A DNA stretch of 64,000 nucleotides from Planctomycetaceae bacterium (GTDB lineage: Bacteria > Planctomycetota > Planctomycetia > Pirellulales > UBA1268), in the NCBI GenBank assembly GCA_011523305.1, contig WTHB01000162.1:25260-89259 (forward strand), read 5' to 3'. A model generated the notes under the pieces. The model saw only the letters and a program-made list of their open reading frames with translations. It did not search any database and was not told where the DNA came from. Position 1 is the stretch's first letter; each line of letters begins with the position of its first letter. A program made the position numbers and the translations under genes. Positions 10,550-19,717 of this stretch are shown here, piece after piece.

Positions 10550-10825
10550 TGTACTCGATGCTCCGCGCGATGAAGCGAAGGGGATCGGTGAACGCTCGAG
10601 GAGCCTTCGGAATCGGCCACTATGCTCAAACGTCGCGCAACCCCAACGCACCGCGGCCGATTTCGCAGCGACGAGACTTTCACCGTCCCCGAGCCGGCGG
10701 CTGCCTCCGCGAAAAGCCCGGACATGTCCGTACTTCCTGAGTGGGCAAGCCTCCACAGGTGCTCGTTGGCGACCGCTTGTCGCTGGGTGGCGGGGCGGTG
10801 GTGATGTTCACGCCGGAGCAGTCGG

Positions 10826-11203
10826 CTAGTCGGTGATTGGTTCTTTCACCAACTGGATAAAGTGCACACCCTTGGGGCCAGCAGAAAGTTCCTTCGCCTT
10901 CTTTTCGGCAGCCCGCTTGTCGGCATACTCAAACATCGCCAGCCGCTTGAGGCCAGAGTTGAAGACACCCCAGTAGGCCTTCAGCCGAACTTCCTTGACC
11001 ACCTTCTTGCGGGTAGCCCGCTTCGCCGCTTTCTTCACGGTTTTTTTGGCGGTCTTCTCGCCAGTGGCGGCGACCTTTTTCTTCGCGGTTTTCGCCACCT
11101 TCTTGACCGTCTTCTTCGCCGCTTTTTTGACCGTTTTCTTCACGGTCTTCTTGGCAGTCTTTGTAGTCTTCTTCGCCACCTTCTTTGCAGTCTTCTTCGC
11201 CAT
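10826..11203 (-). CDS. Lys/Ala-rich histone H1-like basic protein with a small globular C-terminal domain
   Basis: About 70 aa of KKT(A/V)KK repeats followed by RLKAYWGVFNSGLKRLAMFEY. Confidence 0.8.
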   Translation of the reverse strand: MAKKTAKKVAKKTTKTAKKTVKKTVKKAAKKTVKKVAKTAKKKVAATGEKTAKKTVKKAAKRATRKKVVKEVRLKAYWGVFNSGLKRLAMFEYADKRAAEKKAKELSAGPKGVHFIQLVKEPITD

Positions 11204-11304
11204 GGACGTCTGCCAGCCTTCTGTGCGTACGGTGTGAGGGAATGCCTAATTCGGCTGCTGTTAGCACCTGGCAGCCGCCCCGCGGGTTCCCGCAGGAGGG
11301 CAGT

Positions 11305-11310
11305 AGTATA
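11305..11310 (-). promoter_or_regulatory. Putative sigma70 -10 element (TATACT) for the histone-like gene
   Basis: agtata on + strand, ~100 nt upstream of the start codon, back-to-back with the nadA -10. Confidence 0.4.
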
Positions 11311-11351
11311 AGCCGTCAGCCAGTCGTCGCACAGGGACCCTGCTGGAGCCC

Positions 11352-11357
11352 TATAAT
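11352..11357 (+). promoter_or_regulatory. Putative sigma70 -10 element (TATAAT) for nadA
   Basis: Perfect TATAAT in GC-rich DNA just upstream of the nadA ATGs. Confidence 0.55.
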
Positions 11358-11384
11358 GAGATGATGAATACCAGAAAGCGACTG

Positions 11385-12530
11385 ATGGATGAGCCAAGCC
11401 TTGCCAGCCCATTGGCTGCCTATCGACAACTCGACGACGCTGCTTTGGAGCGCAGGATTGAGGGGGTCCGCCAGCGGCTGGGGCCGCGGCTGCTGATCCT
11501 TGGCCACCACTACCAGCAGGACGGCGTGATTGCCCATGCAGATCTGCGGGGCGACAGCTATCAGCTATCGAAAATGGCAGCTGAGCGGGCTGACTGCGAG
11601 GCGATTGCCTTCTGCGGTGTCCACTTCATGGCCGAAACGGCTGACATTCTGGTCAACCGGCCTGAGCAGGTGGCCAGCCGGGGGGGGCGTCGCGTGACGG
11701 TCGTCCTGCCTGACATGGCCGCCGGTTGCTCCATGGCTGACATGGCGGCGATTGACCAGGTCGAAGATGCCTGGGCTGACCTCGGGGAGGTCGTCGACAC
11801 CTCGGACATCACGCCGGTCACCTATATCAACTCAGCCGCCAGCCTGAAGGCCTTCTGCGGCCGGCATGGCGGAATTGTCTGCACGTCGAGCAACGCCCAC
11901 GCGGTGCTGGAGTGGGCCTTTGCCAGAACGAAGCGGGTGCTCTTCTTTCCTGATCAGCACTTAGGCCGCAACACCGCCCGAGCCATGGGGGTGCCGCTTG
12001 ATGCCATGTGTGTTTGGAATCCGCACCAGCCGCGGCTGGGCGGCAATGATGCCACCACGCTGGAACGAAGTCGGGTGATTCTCTGGCAGGGGCACTGTAG
12101 TGTCCACGCGATGTTTCGACCGGAGCATGTGGCGACCATGCGGGAACAGCTTCCCGGCGTGAAGGTGTTGGTCCATCCAGAGTGTGCGATGGAAGTGGTC
12201 GACAAGGCCGACCTGGCCGGCTCCACCAGTTTCATCATCAAGCAGGTCGAGGCGGCTGCACCGGGGACGACCTGGGCGATCGGAACGGAGATGCATCTGG
12301 TCAAACGATTGGAGCAGGAGCACCCGGAACAGACGATCCGGTTTCTCTCGCCGACCGTCTGCATGTGCGCGACAATGTACCGGATCGATCTGGCGCATCT
12401 CTGCTGGGGCCTTGAGCAACTTGAGGCGGGAACACCGGTGAATGTTATTACGGTCGACGACGAAACTGCCCGCTGGTCAGTGGTCGCCCTTGAGCGAATG
12501 CTTGGGGTGACTGCGGCCGCAGCCCGGTGA
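11385..12530 (+). CDS. nadA: Quinolinate synthase
   Basis: LGHHYQ, FCGVHFMAET, AGCSMA, YINSAA, GHCSVH, VHPEC and CMCATM motifs. Start may be 11361 or 11364. Confidence 0.97.
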   Translation: MDEPSLASPLAAYRQLDDAALERRIEGVRQRLGPRLLILGHHYQQDGVIAHADLRGDSYQLSKMAAERADCEAIAFCGVHFMAETADILVNRPEQVASRGGRRVTVVLPDMAAGCSMADMAAIDQVEDAWADLGEVVDTSDITPVTYINSAASLKAFCGRHGGIVCTSSNAHAVLEWAFARTKRVLFFPDQHLGRNTARAMGVPLDAMCVWNPHQPRLGGNDATTLERSRVILWQGHCSVHAMFRPEHVATMREQLPGVKVLVHPECAMEVVDKADLAGSTSFIIKQVEAAAPGTTWAIGTEMHLVKRLEQEHPEQTIRFLSPTVCMCATMYRIDLAHLCWGLEQLEAGTPVNVITVDDETARWSVVALERMLGVTAAAAR

Positions 12531-12539
12531 GGCAAGTCG

Positions 12540-13724
12540 ATGGCAGCAGACCAAGCCATGCAACTCCCACTGGGCTATTGCACCAACGTCCACCCCTGTC
12601 GGTCGCTTGACGACGTTGGACGGATGCTCGCTGAGCAGGCCTCTGCCGTGCAGGACCAGTGCGGCTTTGCGATTGCTGTCGGCCTCTGGCTGCCGGCAGC
12701 AGCAATGGTCGACGTTGCAGTTGATCCGGCAGCGATCGACCGGCTGCGAGGCTGGCTCACGGAGCACCGGTTTACCTGCCACACGCTTAACGCTTTTCCC
12801 GTGGGGGACTTTCACGCAACCCGGGTGAAGGAGCAGGTCTATCTGCCTGACTGGGCTGACCCAAAGCGACTTGCCTACACCCGGGCGTGCAGCCGATTGC
12901 TAGCCGAAATCTTGCCCGCAGAAACCGAAGGTAGCATTTCCACGCTGCCGCTGGCATTCAAACAGGCGGAGCGGTCGGCCGACTTCTTCGAGCAGGCGAT
13001 TGCCCAGTTGCTTGCCCTGGCCAGTGAACTTGGGCAGTTGCGTCAGGAAACGGGCAAGACAATCAGGCTGGCGATTGAGCCCGAGCCTTTTTGTCTGCTC
13101 GAGACGACGGCCGAGACAGTGACCTTTTTTGAGCGTCTCTGGCAGGCCGCGGCAGTGGCAGGCTGCGAGGCCGCTGCCCGCGAGCATCTGGGAGTCTGCT
13201 ACGACGTCTGCCATCAGGCGGTCGAGTTTGAAGATGCTGCTACAGCCGTCGGCCAGCTCGATGCGGCCGGCATTCGTATCAACAAGGTGCAGATCAGTTG
13301 TGCAGTCGAACTCGACCGGCCAGCCGATCCCGAGGCCCGGCGTGCACTCGCTGGTTTTGCTGAGGCCCGGTATCTGCATCAGGCATTTGCCCGGCACGCG
13401 GATGGCCGGATTGTCAGCGCGGTCGATCTCACGGAACCACTGGCTCTTGACCCTCCGGCCGACTGGCAGGCTGCCGAAACCTGGCGGGTGCACTTCCATG
13501 TGCCGGTCGATGCCGAGCGGCTGGGACCCCTGGGAACAACCCGGGCCGAATTGGAGCGAGCACTCACCGCGATTCAGCGGCTCGCCTACCAGCCTCATCT
13601 GGAAGTGGAAACCTACACCTGGCCGGTGCTGCCTGGTGTGACGGCTGGCGATGTCAGCGCCGGCATTGCCCGGGAACTGCTCGCCACGCGAGCTCTGCTG
13701 GAGCGGGCTGCCGGGGCGGCTTAA
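12540..13724 (+). CDS. eboE: EboE-family xylose-isomerase-like TIM-barrel protein
   Basis: GYCTNVHP, VKEQVYLPDW, AIEPEP, YDVCHQAV, YLHQ, WRVHFHVP and HLEVETYTW motifs. Confidence 0.85.
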   Translation: MAADQAMQLPLGYCTNVHPCRSLDDVGRMLAEQASAVQDQCGFAIAVGLWLPAAAMVDVAVDPAAIDRLRGWLTEHRFTCHTLNAFPVGDFHATRVKEQVYLPDWADPKRLAYTRACSRLLAEILPAETEGSISTLPLAFKQAERSADFFEQAIAQLLALASELGQLRQETGKTIRLAIEPEPFCLLETTAETVTFFERLWQAAAVAGCEAAAREHLGVCYDVCHQAVEFEDAATAVGQLDAAGIRINKVQISCAVELDRPADPEARRALAGFAEARYLHQAFARHADGRIVSAVDLTEPLALDPPADWQAAETWRVHFHVPVDAERLGPLGTTRAELERALTAIQRLAYQPHLEVETYTWPVLPGVTAGDVSAGIARELLATRALLERAAGAA

Positions 13725-13752
13725 CCCCGAGAACCTCTGAGGACTGTCCCCA

Positions 13753-14085
13753 ATGCTTCCGTGGCTTTTTTTGGCCGTTGCCATTGTCGCTGAGGTGGTC
13801 GGCACCAGTTTTTTGAAAGCCTCAGCAGGCTTCACGAAACCTCTGCCTGTGATGGCAGTCGTGGTCGGATACGGTCTCTCGTTCTACTTCCTTTCGTTAA
13901 CGCTCGAGACCCTTCCGGTCGGTATCGCGTATGCCGTCTGGTCCGGAGTCGGCCTCTTGTTGATCACAGCGGTGGCCTGGGTCGCGTACGGGCAGACGCT
14001 TGACCTGCCAGCCGTCATCGGCATGGGGCTGATTCTGGCCGGCGTCCTGATCCTCAAACTGTTCTCAACAGTTGCTGGGCATTGA
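13753..14085 (+). CDS. SMR family small multidrug efflux transporter (EmrE/QacE-like)
   Basis: 110 aa, 4 TM; conserved Glu in AIVAEVVGT; GIAYAVWSG. Confidence 0.93.
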   Translation: MLPWLFLAVAIVAEVVGTSFLKASAGFTKPLPVMAVVVGYGLSFYFLSLTLETLPVGIAYAVWSGVGLLLITAVAWVAYGQTLDLPAVIGMGLILAGVLILKLFSTVAGH

Positions 14086-14092
14086 GCCCAAC

Positions 14093-15637
14093 TCAGGCTG
14101 GACGGGCGATTGATTCCAATTGGCTATGCAAGGCAACCAGGTGCCGATAGCGGTCAAAGACCTGGCTCAGTGTGGCCACGGCAGAGGGCTCTGGGGAGAA
14201 ACTGGTTGGACTGCCCGCTGACTGAGCCGCGAGGAAGCTGGCCCAGTCAGTTGCCCGGCCTGCGAGCGTATCGCTGCGGAACTTTGCGAGCAGGGCCGCG
14301 CCCCAGGCGGTCCCCTCTTCGCCACCAGACAGAATTGTCACTGGGGTGTTGAACACGTTGGCGACAACCTGCCCCAACTCGGGTGTTTTGACCAGGCCGC
14401 CAGAGAGGATGATCTCGTTGCGGGGATAACCCTGCCGATCGAGTTCTTCACTGCCGAGTTTAAGGTTGAAGATGGTCGCCAGCAGCATTGCCTTGACGGC
14501 GTTGCCGGGCGTGGCGGTGGTGTTGTTGAGACCAAGCACCAGGGCTGTGCCGCCCTGTGAGACGCCCAACCCTGGTTCATCGTCCATGAAGGGCAGGGCC
14601 AGCAGGCCACCGCAGTCATCCGCGGCAGCCAGCACCTGTGGCATGATCGCGGCAAAGTCGCCACCGAACATTGCCACCACCATGTTCATCGCTGTGGTGC
14701 CATTGCGGAGACAGACCATGTTGATTGGCCGACCGTCAGGAGCGCAGAAGTGATCAATCGGTTGGGCAATGCCTGCAAAGGCCCGATCACCGACCGAGTT
14801 GGCCACGACGCTGGTGCCAAAACTCATCGAGACCTGCCCCGGCGCGGCAATCAACGACCCGGCCAACGCTGCTGGCTGATCACCCTCGGCGGGAGCCACT
14901 GGTACGCCCTGCGGCAGGCCGAGCAGTTCGGCGCCGTGGGCATTGAGCGAGCCGGCGTCCTGGCCTGCCGTGCGCACCGTCGGCAGGAGTTCAGCCAGCT
15001 GAGGCAGAGCTGTGCCCGGCAGACTGGTGGCAGCGGCTGCGTTGGCGAGGGTATCAAAGGCCTTGAGCAACGTCTGGTCGTAGTCGAGCCTCGCCTGGTC
15101 GATCGGGAACATGCCGGCAGCGTCACCAATGCCGAGGATCCACTCACCCGTCAGCCGGAAGGCAAGCCAGCCAGCCGGGGTCGTCAGGTGGGCGGTGCGG
15201 GCCGCCTGTTCCGGTCGATGGCGGATGGTCCAGAGCCAACGAACAGCGGTCATTCGCTTCGGGCATTTGGTGCCAAGGTGTTCGGTCAGTTTATGTCCTT
15301 CGGCTTCGTTGCGGCCGTCACACCATAGCCGAGCGGTCCCAATTGGATCGCCATTGGCATCAGTGAGCACTTCGCCGTGCATCTGACCGGAGATGCCGAT
15401 CGCCAGTACCTCGAGGTCAACCTGCATGGCGGTGAGTTTGCGACGCAGGTCGGCCATGGCGGTATCGACTGCTGCCTCCCAGTCTGCTGGTTGCTGCTCA
15501 TAGCACTCGGGCCCAAGGTCCGGCACCATGGCGTAGGTGGCCTCGCCACTGGCAATAATCTTCAGATCAGCATCAGTGAAAATCACCGATAGTCCTTGGG
15601 TGCCCGCGTCGATACCGAGGTAGCCTGGGGTTTTCAT
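14093..15637 (-). CDS. FGGY family carbohydrate kinase (xylulokinase-like)
   Basis: LGIDAGTQG, ISGQMHG, LWCDGR, GDQPA, SFGTS and LSGG motifs. Confidence 0.9.
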   Translation of the reverse strand: MKTPGYLGIDAGTQGLSVIFTDADLKIIASGEATYAMVPDLGPECYEQQPADWEAAVDTAMADLRRKLTAMQVDLEVLAIGISGQMHGEVLTDANGDPIGTARLWCDGRNEAEGHKLTEHLGTKCPKRMTAVRWLWTIRHRPEQAARTAHLTTPAGWLAFRLTGEWILGIGDAAGMFPIDQARLDYDQTLLKAFDTLANAAAATSLPGTALPQLAELLPTVRTAGQDAGSLNAHGAELLGLPQGVPVAPAEGDQPAALAGSLIAAPGQVSMSFGTSVVANSVGDRAFAGIAQPIDHFCAPDGRPINMVCLRNGTTAMNMVVAMFGGDFAAIMPQVLAAADDCGGLLALPFMDDEPGLGVSQGGTALVLGLNNTTATPGNAVKAMLLATIFNLKLGSEELDRQGYPRNEIILSGGLVKTPELGQVVANVFNTPVTILSGGEEGTAWGAALLAKFRSDTLAGRATDWASFLAAQSAGSPTSFSPEPSAVATLSQVFDRYRHLVALHSQLESIARPA

Positions 15638-15678
15638 GGGGTGCTCTCAAGGGGAAAGAGGTAGTGATAGGTGGCCCG

Positions 15679-16608
15679 CTACGCTGCAGACAGTTCGGCG
15701 AGAATCGAACTGAGGAGACGGTCCAGTTGCTCCGTTGCCGCCGCAAGAGTGGCTCGCTGACGCTCAGTGAGTGGCTGGCGGCCGATACCGAAGTCGAAGC
15801 CTCGCAGGTTTGCCGCCAGGCGGACGCCTTCAGGAAAATCTCCCGCCGTAAACATGGTATCGAAGAGCGCGATGACCTGTCGCTGCAGTCGTAGTGCGTC
15901 GTCGATGCGTCCTGCCATTGTCAGATCGTAGACTGCCTGGGTCAGTTCGGGGGCGACACAACTGGTGGCATGGGTGCCGCCCTGACAGCCGGCGAGTAGC
16001 ATTGGTACAAGGACGGCATCCCAGCCAGTCATGAAGACGAATTCGGGCCGAGTGGGCCGCACGGCCTCGATCATCCGCGTCATGCCGGCCAGGTCGCCAG
16101 ACGAATCTTTGATGCCGATGATGCGATCAAACTCAGCCAGTCGGCAGATGGTCGGCAGGTCGATGGGACTGGCGAACATCGGAATGTTGTAGAGCGTGAC
16201 ATCAATCGGGCTGTTGGTCGCGATCTCACGGAAGTAGGCGTACACGCTCTCGGGTGAAAGCTTGTAGTAAAAGGGGGAAACGATCGCGACGGCCCGGGCT
16301 CCATACTCACGATAGGCCTCACAGGCAGCAAGCGTCTCGCGAACGTTGGCCTCTGCCGCCCCCGCGATCACAGGCACCCGACCGGCTGCCTGGTCGCAGA
16401 CGATACGGATGATCTGTCTCCGCTCTTCGACAGTGAACCGGGTGAATTCACCCGTGGAGCCATTGGGGTAGAGCCCGTGGACACCCTTTTCAATCAGCCA
16501 GTCGATATAGCGACGAAGTTCCGCTTCGTTGATCTCTCCTGCTGAATCAAGCGGCACCATATGAGGCGCTAGGATGCCATGAATGACAGAAGGTGGTTCA
16601 GAAGGCAT
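15679..16608 (-). CDS. Dihydrodipicolinate synthase / N-acetylneuraminate lyase family aldolase
   Basis: NGSTGEF, LYNIP and GIKDSSG (Schiff-base Lys). Confidence 0.9.
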   Translation of the reverse strand: MPSEPPSVIHGILAPHMVPLDSAGEINEAELRRYIDWLIEKGVHGLYPNGSTGEFTRFTVEERRQIIRIVCDQAAGRVPVIAGAAEANVRETLAACEAYREYGARAVAIVSPFYYKLSPESVYAYFREIATNSPIDVTLYNIPMFASPIDLPTICRLAEFDRIIGIKDSSGDLAGMTRMIEAVRPTRPEFVFMTGWDAVLVPMLLAGCQGGTHATSCVAPELTQAVYDLTMAGRIDDALRLQRQVIALFDTMFTAGDFPEGVRLAANLRGFDFGIGRQPLTERQRATLAAATEQLDRLLSSILAELSAA

Positions 16609-16688
16609 GGCTTGAAAAAAGCGGGGGCTGAAAAAAGAAGGCCGTTGGGGAGATGGGGATTCGGGAGCATGAGATACCGCAGGCACGG

Positions 16689-18056
16689 TCACCACGATTT
16701 TGGTGGAAAGTCTTTTTTCCACTGTTCGTACATGCCATGTAGTTGCGTCACGACTTCTGGGTGCGTGCCAGCGAGATCATTCGTTTCGGCAGGGTCGGTT
16801 GCCAGATTAAAAAGTTGAGGTGCGGGTTGGTGCTCACTGCTGGTCGCAACGCCTGAATTCACCACGCCCTTTTGGGGTTGGTTTTTCAGTTTCTTCTTTT
16901 TTGAGTTCTTGGAGGCGGTGTTCCCTGCAACGAGTTTCAGGTCACCGTGACGAACGGCCCACTTTGAGCCATTCTTCCAATACAGTGTTTCGTGAGGCCG
17001 GTCAGTTTGGGTGCCATTGGCAACCGGCAGCAAGTTCACGCCATCGAGCGGTTTGCCTGGTGAAGTAGTCACGCCTGCCGCAGCCAGTACGGTTGGGAAA
17101 ATATCAAGGGAAATAACAGGAGCATCAACAACTTTGCCGCCTGAAAAAGCCTTGGGCCATCGCATTGCAAAGGGTACCCGAATCCCGCCTTCCCAGGTGC
17201 TTCCTTTAAAACCACGAAGGGGCGTGTTGTCGTGACTGAAAACGCCGCCATTATCGTTGATGAAGAATACGAGGGTGTTGTCAGCAATCTTTTGTTGTTC
17301 CAGTTCATCAAGGACCATGCCGACCGCCCGATCGAGGGCGACAGTCATGGCCCGATGGGTTTGGTTGCCTCCACCCCCCTTGACGGTCTTGAGGTCGGCT
17401 TCGGTTGCATGGTTGGGGCCGTGCGTGGCGTTGAATGCGAGATACATGAAAAATGGCTTCTCGCCACGATCGGCAATGTATTTCGCAGCAGTGCGGCCCA
17501 GTTCATCAGTCATGTAGTCAAAGGTTTCCGGGATGGGTTCACGATTATGAAGAAGGCGATTGAGGATGGTCGGTTTCTCGAGTGGAAAGTAACTGCGGGC
17601 CCCCTGTAGAAATCCGTAGTAGTCGCTGAATCCCCGCGAGAGTGGGTGAAACTGGGGCGCGTACCCGAGATGCCACTTACCTAGTGCAATCGTCTGGTAG
17701 TTGTGGGCAGCAAGGACTTCAGGAAGTGTTGTTTCTTCCAGAGAAAGGCCGTTGGTTTCGCTGTAGACAGGCGGAATATTGAATTCATGCCCAAAGCGAT
17801 TCTGGTAGCGGCCGGTGAGTAGGCCTGCACGGGTCGGGCTGCATACCGCACCACTGGTGTAGCCATTCGTAAAATGGACGCCGTCTCGAGCGATGGAGTC
17901 AATGCGGGGAGTTTTGAAAAGTGTCGATCCGTGTATGGAAAACTCATTGAATCCGGCGTCATCTGAAATGATGACAACGATGTTTGGTGCAGGGCCTGAT
18001 GATGCGGACAGCGGTGATGCAGCGACGAAGAAGCCGAACAAGAAGGCCAATTTCAT
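16689..18056 (-). CDS. Sulfatase (formylglycine-dependent, S1 family)
   Basis: [32 protein letters not shown] and EGGIRVP. Start uncertain. Confidence 0.95.
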   Translation of the reverse strand: MKLAFLFGFFVAASPLSASSGPAPNIVVIISDDAGFNEFSIHGSTLFKTPRIDSIARDGVHFTNGYTSGAVCSPTRAGLLTGRYQNRFGHEFNIPPVYSETNGLSLEETTLPEVLAAHNYQTIALGKWHLGYAPQFHPLSRGFSDYYGFLQGARSYFPLEKPTILNRLLHNREPIPETFDYMTDELGRTAAKYIADRGEKPFFMYLAFNATHGPNHATEADLKTVKGGGGNQTHRAMTVALDRAVGMVLDELEQQKIADNTLVFFINDNGGVFSHDNTPLRGFKGSTWEGGIRVPFAMRWPKAFSGGKVVDAPVISLDIFPTVLAAAGVTTSPGKPLDGVNLLPVANGTQTDRPHETLYWKNGSKWAVRHGDLKLVAGNTASKNSKKKKLKNQPQKGVVNSGVATSSEHQPAPQLFNLATDPAETNDLAGTHPEVVTQLHGMYEQWKKDFPPKSW

Positions 18057-18229
18057 GCCCGGGTTTATGGCCGTGGCGAACCGTTGGGTGATCGCCGTAA
18101 AGGCCAAGAACATTGCGGAACGAGCAGTGAGTTGCATGGATCGCGGTAATTCAGTTGTTTGGAAAAGAAAATCTGGTGATACTGCTGGCAGTCTTACCAA
18201 TCTCGTTGTCGCAAGCAAGCAGGAACCCC

Positions 18230-19702
18230 ATGATCCACCATCGGCGGTCACTCCAGTTTATCGCGGTCTGTGTTCTTTCAGCGTGCACGCATCTTTTTCA
18301 TGAGGCCCGCGCTGCGGGAGTTGTTGCTGCTGGTTCGAAGCCGAACGTACTCTTCCTGTTTGCGGATGATCTGACATATGAGGCCATTCGAACTTTTGGC
18401 TACACCGACATCGACACCCCCAACCTTGACCGGTTGGTGGCTCGGGGAACCACCTTCAGCCATGCCTACAACATGGGCTCATGGAGTGGGGCAGTCTGCA
18501 TAGCGAGTCGCACCATGCTGATCACTGGCCGCAGTGTCTGGGATGCTCACAAGATCTACAAGGCGACAAGTAAGGAGCGACAGGCCGGTGTGCTCTGGCC
18601 CCAACTGCTTAAGCAGGCAGGCTACCGGACCTACATGACCGGCAAGTGGCATATTCAGACCGATGCAGCGAAGTGTTTTGATGTGGTCAAGCATGTTCGT
18701 CCAGGAATGCCTCCAACTGTCGAAGCGGCCTACAACCGGCCGCCTGCTAGCGGTGCCGATCCGTGGGATCCGACCGACACCAGCAACGGCGGTTTTTGGG
18801 AGGGAGGCCGTCACTGGAGTGAGGTGACGGCTGATGATGCGATCGGTTTTCTCAAGGAAGCCGGCCAGACGAGCCAACCGGCGTTTTTCTATATCGCCTT
18901 CAATGCCCCGCATGATCCGCGGCAGTCACCGCAGGAGTATCTCGATCGGTATCCGCTTGAGCGAATTGCCCTGCCTGAGCCATTTCTGCCTACCTATCCG
19001 TACGCAGAGGTGATGGGGTGCGACACCAGCCAGCGCGATGAAAAACTTGCACCGTTTCCCCGGACGGAGCGGGCGGTGAAGGTCCATCGTCGTGAGTACT
19101 ACGCACTGATGACCCATCTGGATGTTCAAATTGGTCGCATCATCGACGCGCTGGAGGCTTCCGGGAAGGCTGACAACACGGTGATCTTTTTTACCGGTGA
19201 CCATGGCTTGTCCGTTGGGCACCACGGGCTGATGGGAAAGCAGAATCAGTACGACCACTCGGTTCGCGTGCCCTTCATTGTCACTGGGCCTGGTGTTCAG
19301 GCAGGTGTTGTGGATCATACGCCGATCTACCTGCAGGACGTGATGCCGACGACGCTCGAACTCGCTGGTGCTCAGCAGCCGGAGCATGTTTTCTTTCAGA
19401 GCCTTATGCCTCGACTGGCTGCCGCCGCAGGTGATCGCAAGCCACCGTCACCCCCCTATGAATCAATCTACGGTGGGTTTCTTGGACTGCAGCGGTCGAT
19501 CACCCATGCCGGCTGGAAGTTGATCGTTTATCCGAAAGGTCAGGTGGTTCGGCTCTACAACCTGGACCAAGATCCTCATGAGCAGACCGACCTTGCCGGC
19601 ATGCCAGAACATGTCGATAGACAGCAAGAACTGCTCGACCGCCTTGTTGCATTGCAGCGTGAGTTGGGTGACGACGTTGATCTCAGCGGGCTGATGCCGT
19701 GA
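18230..19702 (+). CDS. Sulfatase (choline-sulfatase-like)
   Basis: PNVLFLFADD, CIASRTMLITGR, GKWH, GDHG and MGKQN; signal peptide. Confidence 0.93.
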   Translation: MIHHRRSLQFIAVCVLSACTHLFHEARAAGVVAAGSKPNVLFLFADDLTYEAIRTFGYTDIDTPNLDRLVARGTTFSHAYNMGSWSGAVCIASRTMLITGRSVWDAHKIYKATSKERQAGVLWPQLLKQAGYRTYMTGKWHIQTDAAKCFDVVKHVRPGMPPTVEAAYNRPPASGADPWDPTDTSNGGFWEGGRHWSEVTADDAIGFLKEAGQTSQPAFFYIAFNAPHDPRQSPQEYLDRYPLERIALPEPFLPTYPYAEVMGCDTSQRDEKLAPFPRTERAVKVHRREYYALMTHLDVQIGRIIDALEASGKADNTVIFFTGDHGLSVGHHGLMGKQNQYDHSVRVPFIVTGPGVQAGVVDHTPIYLQDVMPTTLELAGAQQPEHVFFQSLMPRLAAAAGDRKPPSPPYESIYGGFLGLQRSITHAGWKLIVYPKGQVVRLYNLDQDPHEQTDLAGMPEHVDRQQELLDRLVALQRELGDDVDLSGLMP

Positions 19703-19717
19703 GGCCGCTGGCTGCTG

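Noticed and set aside
10660-10790. RNase P RNA or SRP RNA on the minus strand (gacaagcggtcgc, gtccgggct, ggaggcagcc)
   Set aside because: Neither GAGGAAAGUCC nor the SRP CAGG..GRAA..AGCAG loop is present intact, and there are no tmRNA-like tRNA ends.
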